Assembly (NCBI GenBank): GCA_040397175.1
Contig: JBBAWM010000002.1
Span: 190,482-254,481, forward strand
DNA length: 64,000 bases
Direction of reading: 5' to 3'
DNA from: Candidatus Limnocylindrus sp.
GTDB lineage: Bacteria; Chloroflexota; Limnocylindria; Limnocylindrales; Limnocylindraceae
Notes under the pieces: model-generated
Told to the model about the DNA's origin: nothing
Seen by the model: only the letters and a program-made list of their open reading frames with translations
The model's database searches: none
Program-made: the position numbers and the translations under genes
Shown here: piece by piece, positions 11,194-32,929 of the stretch
Position numbering within the stretch: position 1 is the first letter of the stretch
Layout of the letters: each line of letters starts with the position of its first letter

Positions 11194-11804
11194 CCGTACA
11201 CCTCCTGGATCTCGGCGAGAGCTGCCTGCTCGACAATGATCGTGTCGGCATTGACGAGGTCAACGACGTTGAGCGAGTCGGCGCGGAGTACCGAAAGGTG
11301 CGGGATGTTCGCCGCAGACTTGACGAGGGCGGTCCCCACTGTCGGCGATACCACGAGCACATGCTTGCCAGCCTTGAGGGCGGTGCACATACCGGCGATC
11401 ACCTGCGTCTTTGGCGTCTCGATGCCGAGCACATCAATGATCTTGAGCGTCTCGACCTTGGCGGCGAGTGCGCCCAAGAGGGCTGCACGGCGCATGCGCT
11501 TCGGGAAGGGAATCTCGTGCGAGCGGACCTGTGGCCCGAAGACAACGCCGCCGCCCTTCCACTGTGGCGATCGGGTGGAACCCTGTCGCGCGCGACCGGT
11601 CCCCTTCTGCTTCCATGGCTTGCGGCCACCACCGGCCACGGCGCCGCGCTTCTTCGAAGCGTGCGTACCCGTGCGTCGACCAGCGAGCTGCGAAACGACA
11701 GCCTGGTGAATGAGCGCCTCGTTCACCGGCGACGAGAAGGCGGCAGGCAACTCCACGGTTCCCACCTTGGCTCCGGCTTTCGAGAAGACGTCAACGGTAG
11801 GCAT
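11190..11804 (-). CDS. rplD: 50S ribosomal protein L4
   Basis: KPWKQKGTGRARQGS, GGGVVFGP. Confidence 0.98.
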   Translation of the reverse strand: MPTVDVFSKAGAKVGTVELPAAFSSPVNEALIHQAVVSQLAGRRTGTHASKKRGAVAGGGRKPWKQKGTGRARQGSTRSPQWKGGGVVFGPQVRSHEIPFPKRMRRAALLGALAAKVETLKIIDVLGIETPKTQVIAGMCTALKAGKHVLVVSPTVGTALVKSAANIPHLSVLRADSLNVVDLVNADTIIVEQAALAEIQEVYG

Positions 11805-12436
11805 TAGATCTGCTCCGCCTTGCTCACTATGACGAGAGCGTTCTTCGCGCCAGGAACCGAGCCCTTGAGGAGCAAGAGGTTCTGCGCGCCGTCGGAACGA
11901 ACGATGGTGACCTTCTGAATGGTGGTGCGATCGACGCCCATGTGGCCAGCCATGCGGGTGCCGCGGTAGACACGGCCTGGGGTCGTACCGGCACCGATCG
12001 AGCCTGGCTCGCGGTGATGGTCGGCGCCGTGGGTCTCAGGTCCACTTGCGAAGCTGTGGCGCTTGATCGTTCCGGCGAAGCCCTTCCCCTTCGAGATGCC
12101 TGTCACATCAACGAGATCGCCATCGGCGAAGAGGCTGACGTCCAGCGTCTGGCCCAGGGTCATCCCCTCGGTCGAATCAACGCGGAACTCACGAACAACC
12201 GAGCAGGCTGGCAGCTCGCCCTTGAACTGGCCCTGGTCGGGCTTGTTCAGTCGGCGCTTCCCAGCCTCAATCCCAAGCTGCACGGCGGTGTAGCCGTCCA
12301 GGTCTGGGGTGCGGAGCTTCGTGACGGTGTTCGGCTCAATCGACACCACGGTAACGGGTACAGAGGTCCCGTCCGGGGCGAAGATCTGAGTCATCCCGAC
12401 CTTTCGGCCGAGCAGTCCAATCGTCATTCCACTCAC
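11804..12436 (-). CDS. rplC: 50S ribosomal protein L3
   Basis: [21 protein letters not shown]. Confidence 0.98.
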   Translation of the reverse strand: MSGMTIGLLGRKVGMTQIFAPDGTSVPVTVVSIEPNTVTKLRTPDLDGYTAVQLGIEAGKRRLNKPDQGQFKGELPACSVVREFRVDSTEGMTLGQTLDVSLFADGDLVDVTGISKGKGFAGTIKRHSFASGPETHGADHHREPGSIGAGTTPGRVYRGTRMAGHMGVDRTTIQKVTIVRSDGAQNLLLLKGSVPGAKNALVIVSKAEQI

Positions 12437-12736
12437 CTACATCTTAATTTCAATGTCGACGCCGGCTGCGAGCGTTAGTCGCATCAGCGCGTCGACCGTC
12501 TTTGGGGTCGGATCAATGATGTCTACCAGGCGCTTGTGTGTTCGAATCTCGAACTGCTCTCGGCTGTCCTTATCGATGAACGGCGAGCGCAGCACGGTGA
12601 ACTTCTCAATGCGCGTTGGCAGCGGCACCGGACCAATCACATCGGCGCCAGTGCGCTGAGCCGTCTCAACGATCGTCTGGGCAGACTGATCGATGAGGCG
12701 GTGGTCATACGCCTTGAGCCGAATGCGGATCCGCTG

Positions 12737-12745
<9 letters not shown>
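12437..12745 (-). CDS. rpsJ: 30S ribosomal protein S10
   Basis: [25 protein letters not shown]. Confidence 0.98.
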
Positions 12746-13950
<1,205 letters not shown>

Positions 13951-13998
13951 ACTCCTCCTTCTTTCTTTCTTACGCTTCTACGAACAACCGCGCGCCGA

Positions 13999-16089
<2,091 letters not shown>

Positions 16090-16098
16090 CGCTGCCTC

Positions 16099-16566
16099 CT
16101 AGAACCGGAAGTGGCTGAAGGCCTTGTTCGCCTCCGCCATCTTGTGGGTCTCTTCGCGGCGCTTCACTGCGGCACCGAGGTTGTTCGATGCATCAAGGAA
16201 CTCAGCGGCGAGCTTGTCAGACATGCTCTTGCCGTTGCGCTTGCGTGCAGCCTGCACCAACCAGCGAACGCCGAGGCTCAAGCGGCGCTCGCCGCGAATC
16301 TCAACGGGAACTTGGTATGTGGCACCACCAACGCGGCGCGGCTTGACTTCGATGAGCGGTGTTGCGTTGCGCAAGGCAAGGTCGAGTACCTCAAGACCTG
16401 GGCGGTTCGCCTGCGACTCAACACGTGCAAGCGCTTCGCGCAAGATGCGCTCTGCGAGTCCGCGCTTGCCGCTCAACATCACCTTGACCACGAAGCGGTC
16501 GACGGTCTTGTTCAGCGGAACAACTTCGTACTTGAGCTTGCGTGGGACCGTTGTACGACGTGGCAT
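16099..16566 (-). CDS. rpsG: 30S ribosomal protein S7
   Basis: RRVGGATYQVP, HKMAEANKAF. Confidence 0.98.
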   Translation of the reverse strand: MPRRTTVPRKLKYEVVPLNKTVDRFVVKVMLSGKRGLAERILREALARVESQANRPGLEVLDLALRNATPLIEVKPRRVGGATYQVPVEIRGERRLSLGVRWLVQAARKRNGKSMSDKLAAEFLDASNNLGAAVKRREETHKMAEANKAFSHFRF

Positions 16567-16569
16567 CGC

Positions 16570-17001
16570 TTACTTCTTCTTCACGACGGCTTGTTCAGCC
16601 TTCGCGCCATACTTTGATCGGCTCTGCTTGCGATCCTTCACACCGGCGGCGTCGAGCGCGCCACGAACGATGTGGTACTTCACCGACGGAAGGTCCTTCA
16701 CGCGGCCGCCACGAACCAGCACCACGCTGTGCTCCTGGAGGTTGTGGCCGATGCCAGGGATGTAGGCGGTCACTTCCATCTGGTTGGTGAGCTTCACGCG
16801 CGCGATCTTTCGAAGAGCGGAGTTCGGCTTCTTCGGGGTCATGGTGCGCACGATCAGGCAGACACCACGCTTCATCGGAGCGCCCTCTGCGGACTCCTGA
16901 CGCTGCTTAATGCCGTTCCAGTTCTTTCGGAACGCCGAGGCCTTGATCTTCGAGACCTTCGCCTTGCGACCCTTTCGAACGAGCTGATTAATCGTAGGCA
17001 C
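16570..17001 (-). CDS. rpsL: 30S ribosomal protein S12
   Basis: [29 protein letters not shown]. Confidence 0.99.
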   Translation of the reverse strand: MPTINQLVRKGRKAKVSKIKASAFRKNWNGIKQRQESAEGAPMKRGVCLIVRTMTPKKPNSALRKIARVKLTNQMEVTAYIPGIGHNLQEHSVVLVRGGRVKDLPSVKYHIVRGALDAAGVKDRKQSRSKYGAKAEQAVVKKK

Positions 17002-17083
17002 GATGTGCGCGCGCTCCTTCTTTATTCGATTCCACTACTGGCGTGATGTCAGGACGCTTACGCCCTTTGTGCACGGACGGCGG

Positions 17084-17113
17084 AGCGTAGCAGTCAAGCA
17101 CGAAGAGTGTCAA
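17084..17113 (-). promoter_or_regulatory. sigma70-type promoter of str operon
   Basis: Minus strand TTGACA-18 nt-TACGCT. Confidence 0.7.
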
Positions 17114-17146
17114 AGCACCCCCGTGCGGGACGACCGAGCTTCGCCC

Positions 17147-21649
<4,503 letters not shown>

Positions 21650-21675
21650 GGTTTCTCCTCGCCCCTACGCCGCGC

Positions 21676-25023
<3,348 letters not shown>

Positions 25024-25098
25024 GCGGCGGCTCCTTCGTCGATCCTGGACGCTCGGCGATATGGACGCTGTTAATTGGTCGCCCAAGGGCGAAAGGAC

Positions 25099-25127
25099 AT
25101 ACTAGACCCCAGAGCCGAGCCTGGCAA
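25099..25127 (-). promoter_or_regulatory. putative rpoBC promoter
   Basis: Minus strand TTGCCA-17 nt-TAGTAT. Confidence 0.65.
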
Positions 25128-25166
25128 GCGGGGTACCCTGCGCCCCCATTGGGGAGGGGGTGGCGC

Positions 25167-25196
25167 TCCCCCCGCCCCACGCTGGGGCGGGGGGGT
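25167..25196 (-). terminator. GC-rich hairpin downstream of rplL (no clear U-tract)
   Basis: CCCCCCGCCCCA-CGC-TGGGGCGGGGGG inverted repeat. Confidence 0.5.
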
Positions 25197-25209
25197 ATTC
25201 GCCGAATTG

Positions 25210-25599
25210 TTACTTGATCTCGACCTTGGCGCCAGCCTCGGCGAGTGCGGCGACGATCTTCTCGGCGTCGGCCTTGGAGATCCCCTCCTTGATCGGCTTT
25301 GGAGCGGCGTCCACCAGGTCCTTCGCCTCCTTGAGGCCGAGGCCGGTGAGCTCGCGCACTACCTTGATGACCTGGATCTTGTTCGCGCCAACGTCCGACA
25401 GGACTGCCGAGACGGAGTCGCTGCCTGCGGCATCGCCACCTGCGGCGGCGCCACCGGCGGCTGGGGCTGCGGCAACGGCGACTGGAGCTGCGGCGCTCAC
25501 GCCGAACTTCTCCTCGAACGCCTTCACGAACTCGGAAAGCTCAAGAACGGTCATCTCGCTGACGGCCTCGAGCATCTGATCTGTAGTGAGCTTTGCCAT
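25210..25599 (-). CDS. rplL: 50S ribosomal protein L7/L12
   Basis: [35 protein letters not shown]. Confidence 0.98.
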   Translation of the reverse strand: MAKLTTDQMLEAVSEMTVLELSEFVKAFEEKFGVSAAAPVAVAAAPAAGGAAAGGDAAGSDSVSAVLSDVGANKIQVIKVVRELTGLGLKEAKDLVDAAPKPIKEGISKADAEKIVAALAEAGAKVEIK

Positions 25600-25664
25600 G
25601 TCTCTCTCCTTCTTTCAGCCCAGGTGGGCCAATATTGTTACAAAATGGACCGGACTACCGGCGG

Positions 25665-26192
25665 TTAGGCCCCTTCGGACTCGCGCTTCGTCTTCAGCCC
25701 ACCGAGGGCGTAGCCCAGCTTCTGCAGCGGAGCATTGAAGAGGAAGGCGAGCTTCTGGACCGGTGCCTGGAATGCCCCAGCCACCGTGGCCAAGAGCACT
25801 TCGCGGCTTGGGAGCTTCGAGAGCGCCGTCAACTGGGCCAGGTCGAGAATCGACGTCCCCAGGATGGCCCCCCTGACCTCGGCGGCTGGGTAGGCCTTCA
25901 GGGCCGCCAACACCGTCTTAGCCAGAACCGCCTCATCTCCCGTGCCGAAGGCAATTGCCGTTGGGCCGGAGAGGTGTGACGGAAGGGTGGCGTTCCCCGC
26001 CTCGTTTGCGGCGACCCGCATCAGGCGGTTCTTCACCACCCGATACGTGATCCCCAGCGGCCGAAGCGTGTTACGGATGGCGGCGAAATCCGACACCGTA
26101 AGACCTCGGTACGAGGTAAGGATGAGCCCACGGCTCTTCGACAGCTCGTTCGCGAGCGAGTCGATCGTGCTGCGCTTCTTCTGCGTTGGCAC
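25665..26192 (-). CDS. rplJ: 50S ribosomal protein L10
   Basis: YRGLTV, VVKNRL, GPTAIAF, LSKLPSREVL. Confidence 0.96.
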   Translation of the reverse strand: MPTQKKRSTIDSLANELSKSRGLILTSYRGLTVSDFAAIRNTLRPLGITYRVVKNRLMRVAANEAGNATLPSHLSGPTAIAFGTGDEAVLAKTVLAALKAYPAAEVRGAILGTSILDLAQLTALSKLPSREVLLATVAGAFQAPVQKLAFLFNAPLQKLGYALGGLKTKRESEGA

Positions 26193-26289
26193 GGTTCCTC
26201 CTTCTCTGGACGCACAGGCCGGTGCGTCTCGGCGGATGCAGCTGGCACCCCTGCAACTCTTCGCGTCACAGGGGGTCGCGCGTTCCGCG

Positions 26290-26400
26290 AGAAACCCTCT
26301 GCCTCAGCATGCCCGCTCGTTGGTCGACCTTGCGGTTGACCTCTGAGTGGCTTAAGTCCCCTGCCTCACGGCGGGGGTCACAGGCCCTCTTCGGCGAATC
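26290..26400 (-). promoter_or_regulatory. putative L10 leader (autoregulatory RNA)
   Basis: In the rplA-rplJ gap; GCCGAAGA...UUAA...CUGAGGC resembles L10-leader elements. Confidence 0.45.
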
Positions 26401-26479
26401 GTCGTATTTCGTCTCCCGAGCGTCTCCACTCGGGCGCTTCTGTTTCGGTCGGCCAACCGGGCCGACGCGGATGGGGAGT

Positions 26480-27184
26480 TTACCCCGCGACCGCCAGTAG
26501 TGCTGGCACGTCAACGGCAACACCGGGCCCCATCGAGGCCGAGATGCTGACGCCCTTGATGAAGGTGCCCTTCAGCCCTGTTGGCTTGGAGCGGTTCACC
26601 GCGTCAAGCAGGGTCGCCAGGTTTCCGACGATCTGCGCTTCGGTGAAGCTCGCCTTGGCGAAGCCGAGGTGAATGATCGCGGCCTTGTCGACCTTGAACT
26701 CCACGCGTCCTGACTTCAACTCAGCGATGGTTCGCTCTAGGTCGTTGGTGATCGTGCCAGCCTTCGGGTTTGGCATCAGGCCCTTGCGACCGAGCACCTT
26801 ACCGAGCTTACCGACCTGCCCCATCATGTCTGGCGTTGCAATGGCAACGTCGAAGTCGCTCCAGCCACCGTCGACCTTGGCGATCAGATCGGCGGCGCCG
26901 ACCTCATCTGCGCCGGCCTTGGTTGCCTCGTTCGCCTTCTCGCCCTGGGCAAACACAGCAATGCGGACGCGCTTGCCAGTGCCGTGCGGAAGGCCGATGG
27001 TGCCACGCACCATCTCATCGGACTGTCGTGGGTCGACACCGAGGCGAATGTGCACCTCGATCGTCTGGTCAAACTTCGCGGTCGCAGTCTTCTTCACCAG
27101 GGCAGCGGCCTCGGTTGGCTCGTACTGCTTCTCTGGGTCAACCAGCTTTGCCGCTTCGATGTAACGCTTGCCGTGCTTTGCCAT
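26480..27184 (-). CDS. rplA: 50S ribosomal protein L1
   Basis: [24 protein letters not shown]. Confidence 0.98.
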   Translation of the reverse strand: MAKHGKRYIEAAKLVDPEKQYEPTEAAALVKKTATAKFDQTIEVHIRLGVDPRQSDEMVRGTIGLPHGTGKRVRIAVFAQGEKANEATKAGADEVGAADLIAKVDGGWSDFDVAIATPDMMGQVGKLGKVLGRKGLMPNPKAGTITNDLERTIAELKSGRVEFKVDKAAIIHLGFAKASFTEAQIVGNLATLLDAVNRSKPTGLKGTFIKGVSISASMGPGVAVDVPALLAVAG

Positions 27185-27246
27185 TTCGTTTCCTCCTTGT
27201 CGGCCGTTTGTCGGCCTCCCCCTTCACCGCGGGGTTGCGGCGATCG

Positions 27247-27672
27247 TCAGGCGACGACCTCTACTCCCATGGACTTTGCTGATCCCTCGATCATCTTGCA
27301 GGCCGCCTCAATCGTTGGGGCGTTCAGGTCAGCCATCTTCTTGGTTGCAATCTCTTGTACCTGTGTGCGGGTGATCTTGCCGACGTTACCGGCCTTGTGA
27401 TCGCCAGCGCCCTTTTCAATGCCCGCCGCCTTGCGAATCATGTCCGCAGCCGGTGGCGTCTTGAGAACGAAGGTGAACGAGCGGTCCTCGAAGATCGTGA
27501 TGACGGCTGGAATCACTTCGCCCTTGCGGTCGGAGGTCTTCTCGTTGTACGACTTCGTGAACTCAACGATGTTGATGCCGTGAGGCCCGAGGGCCGTACC
27601 GACAGGTGGCGCTGGAGTTGCCCCACCCGCGGGGAGCTGCAGCGTGACGGTTGCGCGAATCTTCTGTGCCAT
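27247..27672 (-). CDS. rplK: 50S ribosomal protein L11
   Basis: [20 protein letters not shown]. Confidence 0.98.
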   Translation of the reverse strand: MAQKIRATVTLQLPAGGATPAPPVGTALGPHGINIVEFTKSYNEKTSDRKGEVIPAVITIFEDRSFTFVLKTPPAADMIRKAAGIEKGAGDHKAGNVGKITRTQVQEIATKKMADLNAPTIEAACKMIEGSAKSMGVEVVA

Positions 27673-27696
27673 GGTGTGCTCCTCTCTACTCTCGGA

Positions 27697-28302
27697 TTAC
27701 AGCTTCGATACTTGGAGCAGGTCGAGTTCCACTGGCGTTTCACGCCCGAAGATCGAGACCAACACCTTGACCTTGCTTCGCTCTGGGTCGATATCTTCGA
27801 CCGTGCCAACGAAGTCTGAGAATGGGCCGTCGTTCACGCGGACCGACTGACCCTTGACGAAGGCAACCTTGACCACGGGGGCCTGGCCCACGCCGAGTTG
27901 GCGCAGGATCTGCTTCACCTCGGTTTCGGTGAGCGGCACTGGATCGGCCTTCATTCCTGGAATTGCTGATCCACCAACGAAGCTGGTAACACCCGGCGTG
28001 TTGCGCACGACGTACCAGCTCTCTGGCTCCATGATCATGTCAACGAGCACATACCCCGGGTAGATCTTCTTCTGCACGGTCGTACGCACACCGCCGCGAA
28101 TGACGATCTCGTCTTCCATCGGCACAACGACCTGGAAGATGCGGTCCGACATGTCCATCGACTCAATCCGGTGCTCGAGGTTCGCCTTCACCTTGTTCTC
28201 AAAGCCTGAGTAGGTGTGGATGGCGTACCAGTGTCGTTTCGCGGTTGGCGCCGGCTTCTCAGCAGCGGCGCTTCCGGTCTCGGGGATCAGTGCATCAGTC
28301 AC
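27697..28302 (-). CDS. nusG: transcription termination/antitermination factor NusG
   Basis: WYAIHTYSGFENKV, VRNTPGVTSFVG, IFGRETPVEL. Confidence 0.98.
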   Translation of the reverse strand: MTDALIPETGSAAAEKPAPTAKRHWYAIHTYSGFENKVKANLEHRIESMDMSDRIFQVVVPMEDEIVIRGGVRTTVQKKIYPGYVLVDMIMEPESWYVVRNTPGVTSFVGGSAIPGMKADPVPLTETEVKQILRQLGVGQAPVVKVAFVKGQSVRVNDGPFSDFVGTVEDIDPERSKVKVLVSIFGRETPVELDLLQVSKL

Positions 28303-28327
28303 AGGTTTCTCCTCGTCGTCCAGCTAC

Positions 28328-28513
28328 TCAGGCGGGGTTGATGAGCTTGAGGATTTCGGTAAAGAGCAGGTCCCAGAAGGCGATATAGAAGCCCACGACC
28401 AGCGAGGCAACGAAGACGAGCAGGGTCAGCACGCGGACCTGTGCGCCGGTTGGCCACGCCACCTTGCGCAGTTCCGAGATTGCCTCCGAGAAGAACTTTC
28501 GGATTCGCTTCAC
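28328..28513 (-). CDS. secE: preprotein translocase subunit SecE
   Basis: ELRKVAWPT plus one TM segment; upstream of nusG. Confidence 0.95.
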   Translation of the reverse strand: MKRIRKFFSEAISELRKVAWPTGAQVRVLTLLVFVASLVVGFYIAFWDLLFTEILKLINPA

Positions 28514-28567
28514 GCTCGTTTGCTCCTTCGCTTCACTTCACTCCCTCTGCGACCGTAGCCGAGAGGC

Positions 28568-28643
28568 TGGCAGGGGCGGCCGGACTCGAACCGACAACAA
28601 CCGGTTTTGGAGACCGGGACTCTACCAATTGAGCTACGCCCCT
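28568..28643 (-). tRNA. tRNA-Trp(CCA)
   Basis: Cloverleaf AGGGGCG...CT-CCA-AA...GCCA, 76 nt. Confidence 0.97.
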
Positions 28644-28667
28644 ACTGATGCTCTCCTTGCGCCTGAC

Positions 28668-28832
28668 CTACTTCGTCTCGCGATGCATGCGCTGCACGCG
28701 ACATCGCGGGCAGTACTTCATCAACTCGAGGCGATTCGGGTCATTGCGCTTGTTCTTGCGCGTCGTGTACGTGCGTTCCTTGCACTCCGTGCACGCGAGT
28801 TGCAGCGTGGGTCGGTTCTCTGCCTTCGCCAT
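28668..28832 (-). CDS. rpmG: 50S ribosomal protein L33 (zinc type)
   Basis: Manual translation [22 protein letters not shown]...[16 protein letters not shown]. Confidence 0.96.
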   Translation of the reverse strand: MAKAENRPTLQLACTECKERTYTTRKNKRNDPNRLELMKYCPRCRVQRMHRETK

Positions 28833-28835
28833 CTG

Positions 28836-30032
<1,197 letters not shown>

Positions 30033-30110
30033 CTCGATTCTCTCTCCGATTTCTTACTACCGTCACTTGTTAATAGCGTTGACGGTTACCGCTTTTCCCC
30101 CACCCGAAGG

Positions 30111-30186
30111 TGGAGCCCACGACCGGACTTGAACCGGTGACCTCGTCATTACCAATGACGTGCTCTACCAACTGAGCTACGTGGGC
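30111..30186 (-). tRNA. tRNA-Thr(GGT)
   Basis: Cloverleaf GCCCACG...TT-GGT-AA...TCCA. Confidence 0.97.
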
Positions 30187-30229
30187 CAGTCCATTTCCGA
30201 TCCTATTGCTTCTCTTGTTGCTCCAGTTC

Positions 30230-30314
30230 TGGTGGGCAGGAAGGGAATCGAACCCCCACAGTCGAAGACGGCTGATCTACAGTCAGCGGAGCTCACCACC
30301 TGCTCAACCTACCC
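30230..30314 (-). tRNA. tRNA-Tyr(GTA), atypical
   Basis: GGGTAGG...GCTGA-CTGTAGA-TCAGC, long variable arm, ACCA end. Confidence 0.92.
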
Positions 30315-30328
30315 TTGTGATCCAGTGC

Positions 30329-30404
30329 TGGAGCCGACAACGGGACTCGAACCCGGAACCTACGGTTTACAAAACCGTTGCTCTACCAATTGAGCTATGT
30401 CGGC
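30329..30404 (-). tRNA. tRNA-Thr(TGT)
   Basis: Cloverleaf GCCGACA...TT-TGT-AA...TCCA. Confidence 0.97.
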
Positions 30405-30444
30405 GCCCACGTCGGGATACCTTGCGATCCGTCGGTGAGGCGTG

Positions 30445-30474
30445 ATCATAGCCCCCTACGGGCGTGGGGGTCAA
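30445..30474 (-). promoter_or_regulatory. promoter of tRNA-tuf operon
   Basis: TTGACC-18 nt-TATGAT; -35 overlaps rlmB stop. Confidence 0.7.
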
Positions 30475-31520
30475 CCGCCTGCGTGCGGGAGATCGTCGCT
30501 TTCAGGGGCGGCTGGCGCTGCAGCGTCGGCTGGAACTGGCGCGACAGGGTCGCTGGACGCCGTGGGTAGGGCCCCAAGCACTGGCACAGACTGTGCCGTG
30601 AACGGGCGCTGACCAAGCGCCTCGAAGAGGAGGACGGAGCCTGCGACGGCGGCGTTCAGGCTGGCGACCTTCCCCGCCATCGGGATGCGGACGAAGAGGT
30701 CGACCCTGCGACGAACCGCGGGCGAAAGCCCTCGGCCTTCGGCCCCGATCACGATGCAGAGTGGCCCACGCAGGTCCGCCTCGCGATATCCCTGGGCCGC
30801 CTCTGCCTCGGCACCGACCACCCGAATGCCTCGCAGACGCAGGGCCGTGAGCTCGTCAGCGAGATTCTCGACCCGTGCGACCAAGAGGTGCTCGACCGCA
30901 CCGGCGCTCGCCTTGATGGCGGCTGGCGAGAGGGGGGCGGCCCCCTTGCTGCCGATCAGGAGCCCGTGCACCCCGACCGCCTCGGCGCTCCGGATCAAGC
31001 TGCCGAAGTTCTGGGGGTCCTCTACCCCGTCGAGGGCCAATAGGAAGGGGGGCTCTCCACGCGACACGGCGCGGGCCAGCAGGTCTTCGGGGGCGGCCTC
31101 GGGGCGCCGCCTCACGACCAGGGCCACCCCCTGGTGGCCATCGAACCCCGAAAGCTGGCCGATGAGGGCACCCTCGACCTCAATGATCGGGATGCGGAGG
31201 GCGGTGGCGTGCAGGACCATCTGCTGCAGGGCATCACGCCGCTGCGGTACCACCAGGAGGCGGACCGCCTCGCGGCGAGCGGCGAAGGCCTCCTCAACTG
31301 GCCGGCGCCCCGCGATGACCTCGTGTTCAGGGCCGACCATGCCCGCAACCTGGAGGGAGAGGGCACGTCGCGATGCCCACTGCTTCGCGCCACCGGCACT
31401 AAACGTCGGGCGCGCAGCGCCGGGTCGTGTGCCGAATGGCCCGCCGGGGCCGCCTGGGCGGGCGCCACCGGGACGGAAGCCCGCGGGGCGTGCGGGTCGC
31501 GGGCGCTGGTCGTCGCTCAT
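30471..31520 (-). CDS. rlmB: 23S rRNA (guanosine-2251-2'-O)-methyltransferase, SpoU family
   Basis: LDGVEDPQNFGSLIRSA, GAEGRGL, SLNAAVA; follows cysS with ATGA overlap. Confidence 0.9.
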   Translation of the reverse strand: MSDDQRPRPARPAGFRPGGARPGGPGGPFGTRPGAARPTFSAGGAKQWASRRALSLQVAGMVGPEHEVIAGRRPVEEAFAARREAVRLLVVPQRRDALQQMVLHATALRIPIIEVEGALIGQLSGFDGHQGVALVVRRRPEAAPEDLLARAVSRGEPPFLLALDGVEDPQNFGSLIRSAEAVGVHGLLIGSKGAAPLSPAAIKASAGAVEHLLVARVENLADELTALRLRGIRVVGAEAEAAQGYREADLRGPLCIVIGAEGRGLSPAVRRRVDLFVRIPMAGKVASLNAAVAGSVLLFEALGQRPFTAQSVPVLGALPTASSDPVAPVPADAAAPAAPESDDLPHAGG

Positions 31521-32929
31521 GCCTGTGGTCCAGCCAGTCGCCAACGTTGCCCATCGCGACCGTCATCAATCAACACGCCGAGGAGCGCTAGCTCGTCGCG
31601 CAGCGCATCAGAGCGCGCCCAGTCCTTCGCGGCGCGCGCGGCAATGCGCTCCGAGAGCAGCGCTTCGGCACCGACCGGAAGTACCGCGCGTTCTGGCAGC
31701 ACGGCGAAGACCAGATTGATCTTCTCGAGCACAGCGATGAGCGCCTGCGCACCGGCGCCGCTGCAGTTGGCATCAAGGAGTCGATTCCCGTCGCGTACCA
31801 AATCGAAGAGCGCCGCGAGGGCTTCCGGGACCGCTAGGTCGTCGTCCATCGCAGCGGCGAATCGGTTCCAACTTGCTTCCGCGAGTGTCGCTACTCGCTG
31901 GTCGGCGTCCGCATCACCGGTTGTGATGGCGCTCCGTGCGCTCAGTGCGGCAACGAAGGCATCAATGCGCGCGATGGCCGATGCCGCTGCGGTAAGTGAG
32001 TCGTCGTTATAGTTGAGATTGGTACGGTAGTGCGCGGAGATGAGCGCAAGGCGCAAGGCGCGAGGCTCTGCGCCGCTTGTGAGCAGGTCACTGACGCGCG
32101 AGATGTTGCCGAGTGACTTCGACATCTTGTCGCCTGAGACGTGCAGGTGCGCACAGTGCATCCAAGTTCCGACAAATGGCTTCCCAGTGGCTGCCTCAGA
32201 TTGCGCAATCTCGTCTTCGTGATGCGGGAAGACGAGGTCAATCCCGCCCGTGTGCAAATCAAACGATTCGCCAAGGTAGCGCATGCTCATTGCCGAGCAC
32301 TCGAGATGCCATCCTGGTCGCCCTGGGCCGAGCGGCCCATCCCATGAAGGCTCGCCGGGCTTCGCCGCCTTCCACAGGACAAAGTCGCGCACGTCATCCT
32401 TGCTGTACTCATCGGCCTCAACCCGCTCACCGACACGCATTGCCTCTGGGTCGAGGCGAGCGAGTCGCCCATACGCTGGCCACGAGGCAATCTTGAAGAA
32501 GATCGAACCGTCTTCAGTCCGATAGGCGTGCCCACGTTCCAGGAGCTGCTGTACGAGGGCGATCTGCTCGGGAATGTGCTCCGTGGCACGGGGCATCTCG
32601 TCTGGGGTCGTCATGCGCAAGGCGGCCATGTCAGCGCGGAAGACCGCCTCCCAGCGATCGGTGAGCGCGCGAATCTCGACGCCCTCCGCTGCCGCGGCAC
32701 GGATGATCTTGTCGTCGATGTCGGTTAGGTTCACCACCCAGCGCACCGTGCGGTCACTCGCTCGGAGCCAGCGCACGAGTGTGTCGGCGAAGAGGAAACT
32801 GCGGAAGTTACCGATATGTGCGGGTCCATAGATTGTTGGACCGCAGGAGTACACGCCGACCTGCCTTGGATCGAGTGGCGTGAAGGGTCGGGTCTCCCCA
32901 CTCATCGTGTCCCGGAACTGCAAGCTCAC
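31517..32929 (-). CDS. cysS: cysteine--tRNA ligase
   Basis: CGPT, HIGN, GRPGWHLECSAM, KMSKS. Confidence 0.98.
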   Translation of the reverse strand: MSLQFRDTMSGETRPFTPLDPRQVGVYSCGPTIYGPAHIGNFRSFLFADTLVRWLRASDRTVRWVVNLTDIDDKIIRAAAAEGVEIRALTDRWEAVFRADMAALRMTTPDEMPRATEHIPEQIALVQQLLERGHAYRTEDGSIFFKIASWPAYGRLARLDPEAMRVGERVEADEYSKDDVRDFVLWKAAKPGEPSWDGPLGPGRPGWHLECSAMSMRYLGESFDLHTGGIDLVFPHHEDEIAQSEAATGKPFVGTWMHCAHLHVSGDKMSKSLGNISRVSDLLTSGAEPRALRLALISAHYRTNLNYNDDSLTAAASAIARIDAFVAALSARSAITTGDADADQRVATLAEASWNRFAAAMDDDLAVPEALAALFDLVRDGNRLLDANCSGAGAQALIAVLEKINLVFAVLPERAVLPVGAEALLSERIAARAAKDWARSDALRDELALLGVLIDDGRDGQRWRLAGPQA

